A stretch of DNA of 64,000 bases from the NCBI GenBank assembly GCA_038209745.1, contig JBBQXJ010000002.1, forward strand, positions 30,119-94,118. The letters run 5' to 3'. The notes under the pieces are model-generated. The model searched no databases and was not told where the DNA came from. It saw only the letters and a list, made by a program, of their open reading frames with translations. The position numbers were made by a program, and so were the translations under genes. The DNA comes from Verrucomicrobiota bacterium. Lineage in GTDB: Bacteria; Verrucomicrobiota; Verrucomicrobiia; Limisphaerales; CANJSG01. Position 1 is the first letter of the stretch; every line of letters begins with the position of its first letter. Below, piece by piece: positions 1 to 9,118 of the stretch.

Positions 1-377
1 TGGAATCCTTCCTGCCATCGCCACGGACGCGGGATTCGGCGCATCCGTCCGGGGCGTTCTGGATCGGGCTCCAAACCAGCCACGACGGTCTTCATCGCCT
101 TGATCCATTGGCCCAACACGACGGCGTCCGGCGCCATCGTTGCCATCAGATGCAGGTGGCCGGGCATGACCACGAATCCGCCGGCGAACCATCCTTAGCG
201 CGTGGGGCTGTCGAGAAGGAAGGTTGCCGTCCGTTCGTAGGTTTCCCGTGTGGCCAAAACCCGTTGGCGGTCTTGGACGCATCCGGTGACGACGAACCGG
301 ATCGCACCGGCCGCATCGGGCCAGATCCGGTGAAGCCGACGCAATCCCCGAGACGGGGAATCGGGCGGACGGGGCAT
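1..377 (-). pseudogene. REP-associated tyrosine transposase (RAYT, Y1/HUH family) with in-frame stop; runs off the left edge
   Basis: Reading through TAA at 195-197 gives R*GWFAGGFVVMPGHLHLM...WIKAMK...WRWQEGFH: the HUH motif (VMPxHLH) and WQxGF motif typical of RAYTs. A GTAG REP lies just upstream. Confidence 0.85.
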
Positions 378-460
378 GGAGGATCGATGTCACGAAATGG
401 TGCGGCGGTCGATGGTCGATTGGGCGGGAGGGCGGGAGGGCGTCGACTTGAAACGGAGCT

Positions 461-484
461 CCGGGTCGGGGCACCCGGCCTACA
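461..484 (-). repeat. GTAG-type REP element
   Basis: Minus strand TGTAGG-CCGGG-TGCCCCGA-CCCGG: GTAG tetranucleotide followed by a hairpin, 84 bp upstream of the RAYT start. Confidence 0.75.
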
Positions 485-550
485 TCGGTCACGGTGTTTG
501 TTTTTTGTTTCGCTCTTCTCGTTTTCGTTTGCTGCGTTAAAAACGCTCGC

Positions 551-2733
551 GTGATTCCGGACTCGGCCCAACTGCACGACCTGCTGAAGCAACACTTCGG
601 CTACGAGTCGTTCCGCCCGTTGCAGGAGGAGATCATCCGCGACGTGTTGGCGGGGAAGGACGTGTTCGCGGTGCTGCCGACGGGCGGGGGCAAGTCGCCT
701 GCTTCCAGTTGCCGGCGTTGGCGCGGCCGGGCCTGACGGTGGTGATCTCGCCCCTGATCGCGCTGATGAAGGACCAGGTGGACGCGCTCCAATCGGCGGG
801 CGTGGCGGCGACGTTCCTGAATTCCTCGCTGGCGGCGGACGAGTCGCGGAGCCGGTTGCGCGGACTGCACCACGGCGAATTTCGTCTGCTCTACGTGGCG
901 CCGGAGCGGCTGTTGCTCTCGGGCTTTCTCGACGATCTGAAGCGGTGGGGCGTGACGCTCTTCGCGGTGGACGAGGCGCATTGCGTCAGCGAATGGGGCC
1001 ACGATTTCCGCCCGGAATACCGGCAGCTTTCCACGCTGCGGACCCACTTTCCCGACGTGCCGATGATGGCGCTGACGGCGACCGCGACGGAGCGGGTGCG
1101 AGAGGACATCGTCGGCCAGCTGCACCTGCGGGAGCCGGCGGAGTTCCTGGCCAGCTTCAACCGGCCGAACCTTTCCTATCGGGTCAGCGCCAAGGCGGGG
1201 GCCTATGAACAGATCCTCGGCTTCGTGCGGGCGCGGCGCGGGGAGTGCGGGATCATCTATTGCCAGTCGCGCAAGTCCACGGAGTCGATGGCGGCGAAGC
1301 TGGGCGCGGACGGGATCGCGGCGGCGGCGTATCACGCGGGGTTGGACGGGACGGAACGATCGAAGAACCAGGACGCCTTTCTCCGCGACGAAGTGCGGGT
1401 GATCTGCGCGACGGTCGCCTTCGGCATGGGGATCAACAAGCCGAACGTCCGCTTCGTGATCCACTACGATCTGCCCAAAAACATCGAGGGCTACTACCAG
1501 GAGACGGGCCGAGCGGGCCGCGACGGGTTGCCGAGCGAATGCCTGCTGCTCTTCAGCCCCGGCGACCGGGTGAAATACGGGCAGTTCATCGACGAGAAGA
1601 CGGATCCCAAGGAACGCGAGATCGCCCGGGCGCAGTTGGAGCAGATGGTCCACTACGCCGAATGCTCGGGCTGTCGGCGGGTGGAGCTGCTGGGGTATTT
1701 CGGCGAGACCCACGAACCGGAGAACGGCAACTGCGGCGGGTGCGACAACTGCCTTTCGCCGCGCGAGACCTGGGACGGAACGGTGGCGGCTCAGAAGTTT
1801 CTCTCCTGTGTCTTCCGCATCCACCAGAAGAGCGGGTTCGGCGTGGGCGTCCAGCATGTGGTGGAGGTGCTGACGGGGGCTGCGACGGAGAAGATCCGGC
1901 GCTTCGGGCACGAGACGCTGACGACCTACGGCATCGGCAAGGAGCACAGCCGCAGCGAATGGGCGGCGTTGGGGCGTGAGCTCGTGCGGATGGGTTTCCT
2001 GAATCAGAACGCGGAGAAGTTCAACACGGTGGAGCTGTTGCCGCAGGGGATGGAAGCGCTGAAGGATCGGAGGAAGATCGTGCTGACCCGACCGGTGGCG
2101 GTGCCGGAGACGATGGTGCGGCGCGAGGGCGAGATCGCCTGCGACGAGGCGCTCTTCGAGCGGCTTCGCGGGCTGCGGAAGCGGTTGGCGGACGAGCGGG
2201 GATTGCCGCCCTACATCGTCTTCTCCGACGTGGCGCTGCGGCAGATGGCGCGGCTGTATCCCCAGAGCGAGGAGGACTTCTCCCACATCAGCGGCGTGGG
2301 CGAACGCAAGCTGCGCGACTACGGCGCGGTGTTTCTCGCGGAGATCGCGGGGTTTCTCGGGACGAATCCCCGGCAGATCTTCGCGGACGATTCGTTCAGC
2401 AAGCCGGCACCGAAACCGTCGCGCGGTTCACTGGGCGACACGGTGCGCGAGACGCTCCACTTCTGGCGGCAAGGGAAGACGGTCGAAGAGATCGCGAAGA
2501 TCCGGGGCGTGAAGGACGGAACGATCTTCGGGCACTTGGACGAAGCGCTCCGAGCGGGCGAACAGGTGGACGTAAGTTCGCTGTTCGATGAACAGACGAA
2601 GCAGGACATCGGAGCGGCGTTCGCGAAGTTCGGCTTCGGGAACCTCATCGGGGCGAAGGAATTTTTGGGAGACCGGCATTCCTACGGGCTGATGCGGCTG
2701 TATCGGACGATGGAGCAGCGGGAGGGTTGTTAG
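551..2733 (+). CDS. recQ: ATP-dependent DNA helicase RecQ (1-nt frameshift at ~698; real or sequencing error)
   Basis: FGYESFRPLQ..LPTGGGKS in ORF 494-736 continues as CFQLPAL..DEAH, ATVAFGMGINK, QETGRAGRDG, Zn-binding RQC Cys cluster, HRDC and C-terminal HTH in ORF 709-2733. Confidence 0.95.
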
Positions 2734-2856
2734 CAGCCCGTCAAAAAAGGCCATCCACCCGCCGCGTGGGGGCACGCGGCCTGCAGAAAGATTTGGAAAT
2801 CCTCAGATTTTTGTAGGCCCGGTCCCCCGACCGGGCGTTTTTTGACGGGCTGTTAG
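2731..2856. mobile_element. MITE-like element with 15-bp terminal inverted repeats enclosing an inverted REP pair
   Basis: CAGCCCGTCAAAAAA (2734-2748) / TTTTTTGACGGGCTG (2838-2852) perfect IR with TAG at both outer ends; internal REP hairpins at 2761-2785 and 2812-2837. Confidence 0.75.
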
Positions 2857-2869
2857 GGCCCATTCTGGA

Positions 2870-3133
2870 TCAACCTTTGAAGCCAATCGCCTTGAGGTAT
2901 CCCATCCAGAGCAAGAGGAATGGGGATGTGGCGATATCCAAAGCTATTGAAAAGGGCAGTCCGGCATACGCGCCCTTCTCGCCGGGCACTAGGATCCATT
3001 CTTTGACCTCACAATCGCAGGGGGCCTCCGTGTAATGGGGCTTCGCCTGGTCGATCAGACTACGGGTGGCGCATCCTTGGCACGCAATTGCGATCACGAA
3101 GCACAAAACTGCATAGCGAAGGACGTGTTTCAT
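2870..3133 (-). CDS. small hypothetical lipoprotein with C-terminal hydrophobic helix (YceK/YidQ-like layout)
   Basis: MKHVLRYAVLCFVIAIACQGC signal with lipobox-like QGC; C-terminal LPFSIALDIATSPF; lower GC than its neighbours. Confidence 0.6.
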   Translation of the reverse strand: MKHVLRYAVLCFVIAIACQGCATRSLIDQAKPHYTEAPCDCEVKEWILVPGEKGAYAGLPFSIALDIATSPFLLLWMGYLKAIGFKG

Positions 3134-3238
3134 TGGATGCCTCACAAGGCCCCGGGCACTTCGGAGAATTGAAGCCGAAATGCAACCTGGAACTCTGCCG
3201 TGCCGCGTTCTCGGGCAAATGGACGTGGTTGTGGTCGC

Positions 3239-5053
3239 CTATCCGTAGATCACCATCTGGATGTTGTCGGGGAGGTTGCGGGCGACTTCGGAGACGACGC
3301 TGCCGCGCAGGAGGGTGGCGAGGCGGCTGCGGTTGGGGCTGCCGAGGATCAGCATGTCGATGCCGAGCGTGGCCGAGAGATCGAGGATGGTGCCGGCGGA
3401 GCTTTCGCTGACGGTGTAGACGGGGATGACGGGCACGTCGATTGCGGCGCCCTTTTCCATGACTGCGGACATGATACGGCAGGCTTCGGGATCGTCCTGC
3501 CAGCGATTGGCGACGCCGACGGGAAGACCGACGGGCAGGGTGACGGCGATCTCCTTGACGAAGAGAACGTAGACGGCGGCCTTGCGGAGCTTGGCCTCCT
3601 CCAGGGCGAAGCGGAGGACGTTGGTCACGCCGCGGGCGGCGACGAGGATTTTCTGTCCGGTGTTCTCACGGGGGGAGATGTCGTGCACGGATCCGGGCAC
3701 GACGGCGGCGGCGAGTTCTCGGCTGATGGTCACGGTGCGCAATCCCGCCCGATGCTGCGCCCAGGAACGAAGCAACATTCCGCCGGTCAAAATGCAGGCG
3801 ATGAAAAAGAGAGCGGTGTGCTTCTCCCAGGCCAGGGTGACCTCGACGGCGGCCAGCACGAAGAAGGTCAATGCCATGAGGATGATCTCCCAGATCTTCA
3901 GACCGAGCTGCTTGTTCAGGAGGCAGCAACCGAGATTGACGGTGATCGCGCCGACGACGCCGATGGCGTAGAGGTCCATCAGGTGTCGCTGGTCGGACAC
4001 GATGACGACCACGATCAACGGCAGGGAGGTCGCGATCACCAGCGGGAGCCACGGCACCCCGTGGAAGTTCAGCTTCAGAAAGGAGCGCGGCATCTCGCCA
4101 TCGCGACCGAGCATGTAGTGGAGGCCGATGAGGGCGCCGATGGCGGTGTTGACGGCACTGAGCAGTAGCAGGCCGATGATGACGCCCGTCACGATTTCGA
4201 AGGTGTGGCCGAAATGCGCTCCGAGAGCCATCGTGCCGTATTCGCGGGCCAACAGATTGATCATGTCTTCCCAGCCTTCGCGCATCTGGCCCGCCATCGA
4301 ATGGGGCAGGGAAAGCATCGCCCAACCAAGCAGCGCCGTGCCCAGGACCACCTCGATCGCCACGATGGCGATGGCGCGCCCAGCGGTCTGCGTGACGCTG
4401 GGATGCTCGTAGCTCGAACCGGGATCAAGCTTCATGACACCGGTCAAATTGGCGATGGCCTCGACTCCGCTGAGCGCGAGGATCACGCCGGCGAAGGCCT
4501 GCCAGTTTTCCCAAGGGTTCGATGGAAGGACGGTCAGGTTCGCGGTCGTCAGATGCGGTGCCGCGAAGATCAGGATCATCACCACGATCACGACGGTGGG
4601 GATTGCCAGGGCGACGGCGACGCTGCCGCTGTGCTTGGGGCCCATCCAGTTGATGCCTCCGATCGCGATGATGGCCAGCACGGTGCCCAGGAGCACGTAT
4701 TGGTCCGGGACATGGAGGTATTTCATCGCGGCCCATCCGCTCAGCGCCGCAGTGACGGTCATGTCCGCGATCAAGAGCAGGGAGCCGATCACCGCGACGG
4801 TCGGACTGATCTTCCGGGCGGCGGAGTAGACGCCGCCCCCGTCGGGAAAATACTTGCAGACGATCCGGTAGTTGAATCCGACGATCGCGGTGAGCAGGCA
4901 GACCCCGATGATGATCTCCAGGCTGGCGAACCCGGTGGCCAGGAACGCGGCACCGATGACATAGGCCTTGCTGGTGCCCCAATCCCCGTAGAGTAGGGCG
5001 GCGGCGCGTTTCCAACCGACGTTTCTCGGCCGGTGGACGTGGGTGCCTTCCAT
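3239..5053 (-). CDS. APC-superfamily transporter (Kup/KimA-like) fused to C-terminal universal stress protein domain
   Basis: About 12 TM helices; YGDWGTS in TM1, PDGGGVY, SGVEAIAN; C-terminal DMLILGS..LLRGSVVSEVAR USP signature. Confidence 0.85.
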   Translation of the reverse strand: MEGTHVHRPRNVGWKRAAALLYGDWGTSKAYVIGAAFLATGFASLEIIIGVCLLTAIVGFNYRIVCKYFPDGGGVYSAARKISPTVAVIGSLLLIADMTVTAALSGWAAMKYLHVPDQYVLLGTVLAIIAIGGINWMGPKHSGSVAVALAIPTVVIVVMILIFAAPHLTTANLTVLPSNPWENWQAFAGVILALSGVEAIANLTGVMKLDPGSSYEHPSVTQTAGRAIAIVAIEVVLGTALLGWAMLSLPHSMAGQMREGWEDMINLLAREYGTMALGAHFGHTFEIVTGVIIGLLLLSAVNTAIGALIGLHYMLGRDGEMPRSFLKLNFHGVPWLPLVIATSLPLIVVVIVSDQRHLMDLYAIGVVGAITVNLGCCLLNKQLGLKIWEIILMALTFFVLAAVEVTLAWEKHTALFFIACILTGGMLLRSWAQHRAGLRTVTISRELAAAVVPGSVHDISPRENTGQKILVAARGVTNVLRFALEEAKLRKAAVYVLFVKEIAVTLPVGLPVGVANRWQDDPEACRIMSAVMEKGAAIDVPVIPVYTVSESSAGTILDLSATLGIDMLILGSPNRSRLATLLRGSVVSEVARNLPDNIQMVIYG

Positions 5054-5153
5054 GATTCAGGGAAGGCCGGCGGTAGCCGGAACGAATGGGGACCGCACAG
5101 AGGATGTATTCATCGAATGAACTTGGGAACGATGGTCCGGCGGACTGGGGGCG

Positions 5154-5987
5154 TCAAATCGCAATCTTCCGGAGAACGGGTCGAAGGAGGCGGTGGGGCG
5201 TCGTCGCGGGCTGACGTTTTGCTTCCAGTCGCAGGTAGTCGTAGATCACGCCGCTGGTGGCTCCGCCGGGTGGAATGGTGAGGGTCAGGGTGTTCGTGCC
5301 GGGGCGGACTTTGGGAATGGTGAAGCGCCCGTCGGTCGAGCCGCGCGTCCAGAACTCATAGAACTTGGCGTCCATCTGCCAGTCGACCATTCCGGGTTCG
5401 GCTGCGAAACGGCCGCGACGTCCACCGAGCGGGAGCGGATAGTCTGGAGCCGAAACGGGCTTCGCCGATCGACGTGTCGGGATAGTCGGCGGGATGCTCG
5501 AAGATGCACCAAGTGTAGAGGCCGGAATCGTCGCGGCCGAGAGCGTATCGGATCTCGATGTCCACCGCTGCGCTTCCGCCCGGACCATTGCCTTGGGGCG
5601 CCCCGCCGGAAACGCCCTTGATCGAGACTTCGGCGCGATCACCGTCGTTGACCGACGGATCGATGGTAGTCGAAGCGGTGATCTTGGAGCCGCGACCGGG
5701 GTGTGGGACCAATAGGCGTAAGGATGACCGGAGCCGACTTCGAGCAGTTCGAGGCCCTGGTATTTGAGCGAGACAAGATCCCCTGAGCGTTTGCTGATGC
5801 GGGCGCTGACGTGCTGGTTCGTCAAAGTAAAGAAGGCGTCCGACCCGGCGAGCGCGACTCTGGGCTTGATCGTCGTTTCGGCGGCAACGCCCGCTGAAGA
5901 AAGCGCGACCATCGCGACGAGGCACTGGACGAGGCGAGCGATGGGGCGAAGCATGGATCGAGCGAAGGGGGTTGGAGCGGCGTTCAT
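5154..5987 (-). pseudogene. rhamnogalacturonan endolyase (PL4) remnant, frameshifted and internally deleted
   Basis: Signal peptide, SGDLVSLKY, YWSH, (other frame) RAEVSIKG..DIEIRYALGRDDSGLY..GEARF, then DWQMDAKFYEFW..GRFTIPKVRPGT fused directly to NTLTLTIP..GVIYDYLRLE (PL4 C-terminus). Confidence 0.8.
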
Positions 5988-6174
5988 CGGTTCATTTGGG
6001 TCCGGCCGAAACGGGAATTTGCTCGGTCGAAGTTTTTGGAGGAGGCGATCATCTGTGGGAGAAAGTTAGGGGCAAGGCCCGGCCGATTCCACCCGGAGCC
6101 CTGAAAACGGGTGATTTTCGGCGGGTTGACTCGGCCGGGGCTGGGGGCGTGAATAGGCCGAAATATTCACTCCC

Positions 6175-7062
6175 ATGAACATCCCTATTTCTCGACGTTC
6201 CGCCATGAAGACCCTGGGCCTTGCCGCCGGTGCCGCCGGCCTGACTGCTTCGCTTCGTCAAACCATGCAGGCCGCCGAAGCCGCCGGGCTCAAGGGCCGG
6301 ATCAACCATTCTGTCTGCAAGTGGTGCTACGGCAGCATCCCGCTCGACGATTTTTGCAGATCGGCGAAGGAGATGGGCCTCCAGTCCGTCGAGCTGCTGC
6401 AGCCTTCGGATTTCCCCACGCTCAAGAAATTCGGCCTGACCTGCGCCATGGTGGGCAACCCGACGGTGGACGGATTGGGTGGCATCACGAAGGCCTTCAA
6501 CCGGGTCGAGCACCACGACAAGCTGGTCGGTGTCTACGAGCGCCAGATCAAGGAGTGCGCCGATGCGGGAATGACGAATTTGATCTGCTTTTCCGGCAAC
6601 CGCGGCGGGCTCGACGACGAAAAGGGGATGGAGAACTGCGCCATCGGTCTGAAGCGCCTGATGGACACGGCCGAGAGGCACAAGATCACGCTCTGCATGG
6701 AACTGCTGAACAGCCGGGTGGACCATCACGACTACCAGTGCGATCTCAGCAAGTGGGGCGTGGCCCTCTGCAAGAAGATCGGCTCCGACCGGTTCAAGCT
6801 GCTCTACGACATCTACCACATGCAGATCATGGAGGGCGACGTCATCGCCACCATCCGTCGCGACCACCAATACTTCGCCCATTACCACACGGGCGGCGTG
6901 CCGGGACGGAACGAGATCGACGAGGCGCAGGAGTTATTCTATCCGGCGATCATGCGGGCGATCGTGGACACGGGCTTCAAGGGGCATGTGGCCCAGGAGT
7001 TCATCCCGAAGCGCGATCCGCTGACCTCGCTCAAGCAGGGCGTGGGCATCTGCGACGTGTGA
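6175..7062 (+). CDS. Tat-exported hydroxypyruvate isomerase family TIM-barrel protein
   Basis: SRRSAMK twin-arginine leader; ELLNS, LLYDIYHMQ, HYHTGGVPGRNE, QEF motifs. Confidence 0.88.
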   Translation: MNIPISRRSAMKTLGLAAGAAGLTASLRQTMQAAEAAGLKGRINHSVCKWCYGSIPLDDFCRSAKEMGLQSVELLQPSDFPTLKKFGLTCAMVGNPTVDGLGGITKAFNRVEHHDKLVGVYERQIKECADAGMTNLICFSGNRGGLDDEKGMENCAIGLKRLMDTAERHKITLCMELLNSRVDHHDYQCDLSKWGVALCKKIGSDRFKLLYDIYHMQIMEGDVIATIRRDHQYFAHYHTGGVPGRNEIDEAQELFYPAIMRAIVDTGFKGHVAQEFIPKRDPLTSLKQGVGICDV

Positions 7063-7080
7063 TGCCGGATGCCGGATGCC
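7061..7080 (+). repeat. heptamer tandem repeat (GATGCCG) x~3
   Basis: GATGCCG GATGCCG GATGCC directly after the stop codon; weak complementary CATCCGC-like copies follow. Confidence 0.55.
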
Positions 7081-7141
7081 TGAGTTCCGCGCCGTCGTCA
7101 TCCGCCTTGCTTCCGCCCATCGATCCGGTCACTCGTAGGGA

Positions 7142-9040
7142 GTGAGGTTTCTCCCGGTCGCCCATCGCGAACTGCTGGCAGCCGGAAGGCGCAAGTCCAC
7201 CTGGACTTGGCGTTGCCTCTACTTCGCCATCACCCTGTCGATCTGCATCTGGGCCTACTTGGATTCGTCGTATGCCTCGATGTCTCGACAAGGCGGGCAG
7301 GTCTTCGAGGTGATGGTCGGATTCATGGCGTTCTACGCAGGGATCGCCGGAGTTCACGCCACGTCGGACGCGTTCGGTTGGGAGAAGCGGGAAGGAACGC
7401 TCGGGCTGCTCTTCCTGACGGATCTCTCAGGTTGGGACGTGGTCGCGGGCAAGGGCGTGGCCAAGGCGTTGAATAGCTTCTACGGATTGCTGGCCATGCT
7501 ACCGCTGCTCTCTGTGCCGCTGTTGTTGGGGGGCGTGACCGGAGGGCAGGTGGTGCGGACGTCGGTCATTTTGATCGTGATCATGCTGGAGTCGCTGGCG
7601 ATCGGGCTGTGGGTTTCGTCGCGGAGTGTAAACGAACGGAAGTCCATCATGGCGACGTTGGGAATGGTGCTGCTGCTGTTTCTGGGGCCTTTTTTCGGTG
7701 CCGTTCTCGCGGGTGAGGCCTACGGTTGGAGCGAGAAGGACGTCTGGCAAATTGGGATCGCCAGTCCGCTCTTTGGCTTGGTCGCGGCCCAATTCGTGGG
7801 AACAGGGGTCTCTCCCAATTGGCCTAGCCTGACGTGGCTCGGTTCGGTGGGATTCGCGGTGGCGGTCACGGGCCTCTGCCTGGTCTCCGCCAGCCGCCAT
7901 CTGCCGCACAGTTGGAGCCCCGAACTTTTGGCGCATTATCTCGCGAAGCGGGCGTCTCGGAAGCGGGTTTTCCCAACATTGACGGCACCTCTGCGTTGGC
8001 CGGGACAGTTGTGGGGATGGATCGGTCGGATCCGATTGGGTTGGGACGAGAAAGGGAGAATCTACTTCTCGAAGCGGCAACGGCGCCTCCTCGACGTGCA
8101 TCCCTACGTCTGGCTCATGAACCGGGTGGCGGACAAACGGGCGGTGGCATTGGGCGTGACCATCGCCGTCGCTGCGATGGGCGGCTACAGCTGGCTCTCC
8201 AGCGGTCCCATGCTTGGTGCCGGGTTTGTCTTCTACTGCTTTGTCGTCGTCCTGGCTTGGCTGCTGCGGATCTGGATGTTGGCGGAACCGATCATGCGCT
8301 TGGCGGAGGACAGAAAGTCGGGCGCGCTGGAGCTGGTCATGGTCACGCCCCAGCAGGGGCCCGAGATCTTGGCGGGGGTCCGGCAATCGATGCGTCGGCA
8401 GTTCGGCTGGCCGGTGGGACTTGTGGCGGCTCTGGCTCTGACGGTGTGTATGGTGGATTTTTCATCGTTCCAGGCGGCGGGTGATGCGGAGTGGCGGGCA
8501 CTGCTGCTGATGACGGCGACCGCGCTGGTGGTTGATTTCTTCGCGCTCCAGTGGATCGGTCCCTGGCTCGGGATCACGTCGCGATCCGTGACGACGGCGC
8601 TGGTGGCGGGTGTCGGTCTCTCCGTGGCTCCCGGGACCGTCTGGTGGGTCACCGAATCGATGTCCGGCCACATGAATACCGGCTTGATGCGACAGCTGCA
8701 GCATTGGTCCGGGGAATGGTGGCGCTGGTATTTCATCGGGATCTGGTTCGCGGTCACTTTGATGTGGGTGGTAGCGGCCTGGGGATATAGGCGGTTTATC
8801 TGGCCGCGCAGCGTCCGGTGGCGCTGGGTGGCGGGAGTGCTTCTGCTACCGCCCGGACTGTTGACGCTTCTGCTGGGTTACCGGGTCATGACGGCGCTCC
8901 ATCTCCTTTCATCCACGGCGCCGCTCAGGGAATGGACCCACTTGCTCCTGATGGGTGTCGTCATCTGGTGCTGGGCTCGACCGACGCTGGAGCATCGTTT
9001 CCGGGATTTGGCAACCGGGCCGCATACGCCGTCGGGCTAG
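7142..9040 (+). CDS. ABC-2 type transporter permease with internal duplication
   Basis: Polytopic membrane protein with two EK/DRxxGxLxLL motifs (EKREGTLGLLFLTDL; EDRKSGALELVMVTP). Confidence 0.8.
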   Translation: MRFLPVAHRELLAAGRRKSTWTWRCLYFAITLSICIWAYLDSSYASMSRQGGQVFEVMVGFMAFYAGIAGVHATSDAFGWEKREGTLGLLFLTDLSGWDVVAGKGVAKALNSFYGLLAMLPLLSVPLLLGGVTGGQVVRTSVILIVIMLESLAIGLWVSSRSVNERKSIMATLGMVLLLFLGPFFGAVLAGEAYGWSEKDVWQIGIASPLFGLVAAQFVGTGVSPNWPSLTWLGSVGFAVAVTGLCLVSASRHLPHSWSPELLAHYLAKRASRKRVFPTLTAPLRWPGQLWGWIGRIRLGWDEKGRIYFSKRQRRLLDVHPYVWLMNRVADKRAVALGVTIAVAAMGGYSWLSSGPMLGAGFVFYCFVVVLAWLLRIWMLAEPIMRLAEDRKSGALELVMVTPQQGPEILAGVRQSMRRQFGWPVGLVAALALTVCMVDFSSFQAAGDAEWRALLLMTATALVVDFFALQWIGPWLGITSRSVTTALVAGVGLSVAPGTVWWVTESMSGHMNTGLMRQLQHWSGEWWRWYFIGIWFAVTLMWVVAAWGYRRFIWPRSVRWRWVAGVLLLPPGLLTLLLGYRVMTALHLLSSTAPLREWTHLLLMGVVIWCWARPTLEHRFRDLATGPHTPSG

Positions 9041-9118
9041 ATCGGCGTGGCGTGGGGCGAACGGGTTGGCGGAAGAAGTCGCTGGCAATGGGGGAGGTTC
9101 TTTGTCCACGGTTTGTCG

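Noticed and set aside
195-197. Stop-codon reassignment suggested by in-frame TAA (RAYT), TGA (33299) and TAG (IS630) at Tyr/Trp positions
   Set aside because: All three codons terminate intact genes in this window, and two of the three affected regions also carry frameshifts; ordinary nonsense mutations.
601-2286. Long antisense or alternate-frame ORFs (this one; also 16564-18156, 25042-26886, 39190-40959, 41490-43388, 41863-43962 and others)
   Set aside because: Shadows of real genes caused by high-GC codon bias; no recognisable motifs.
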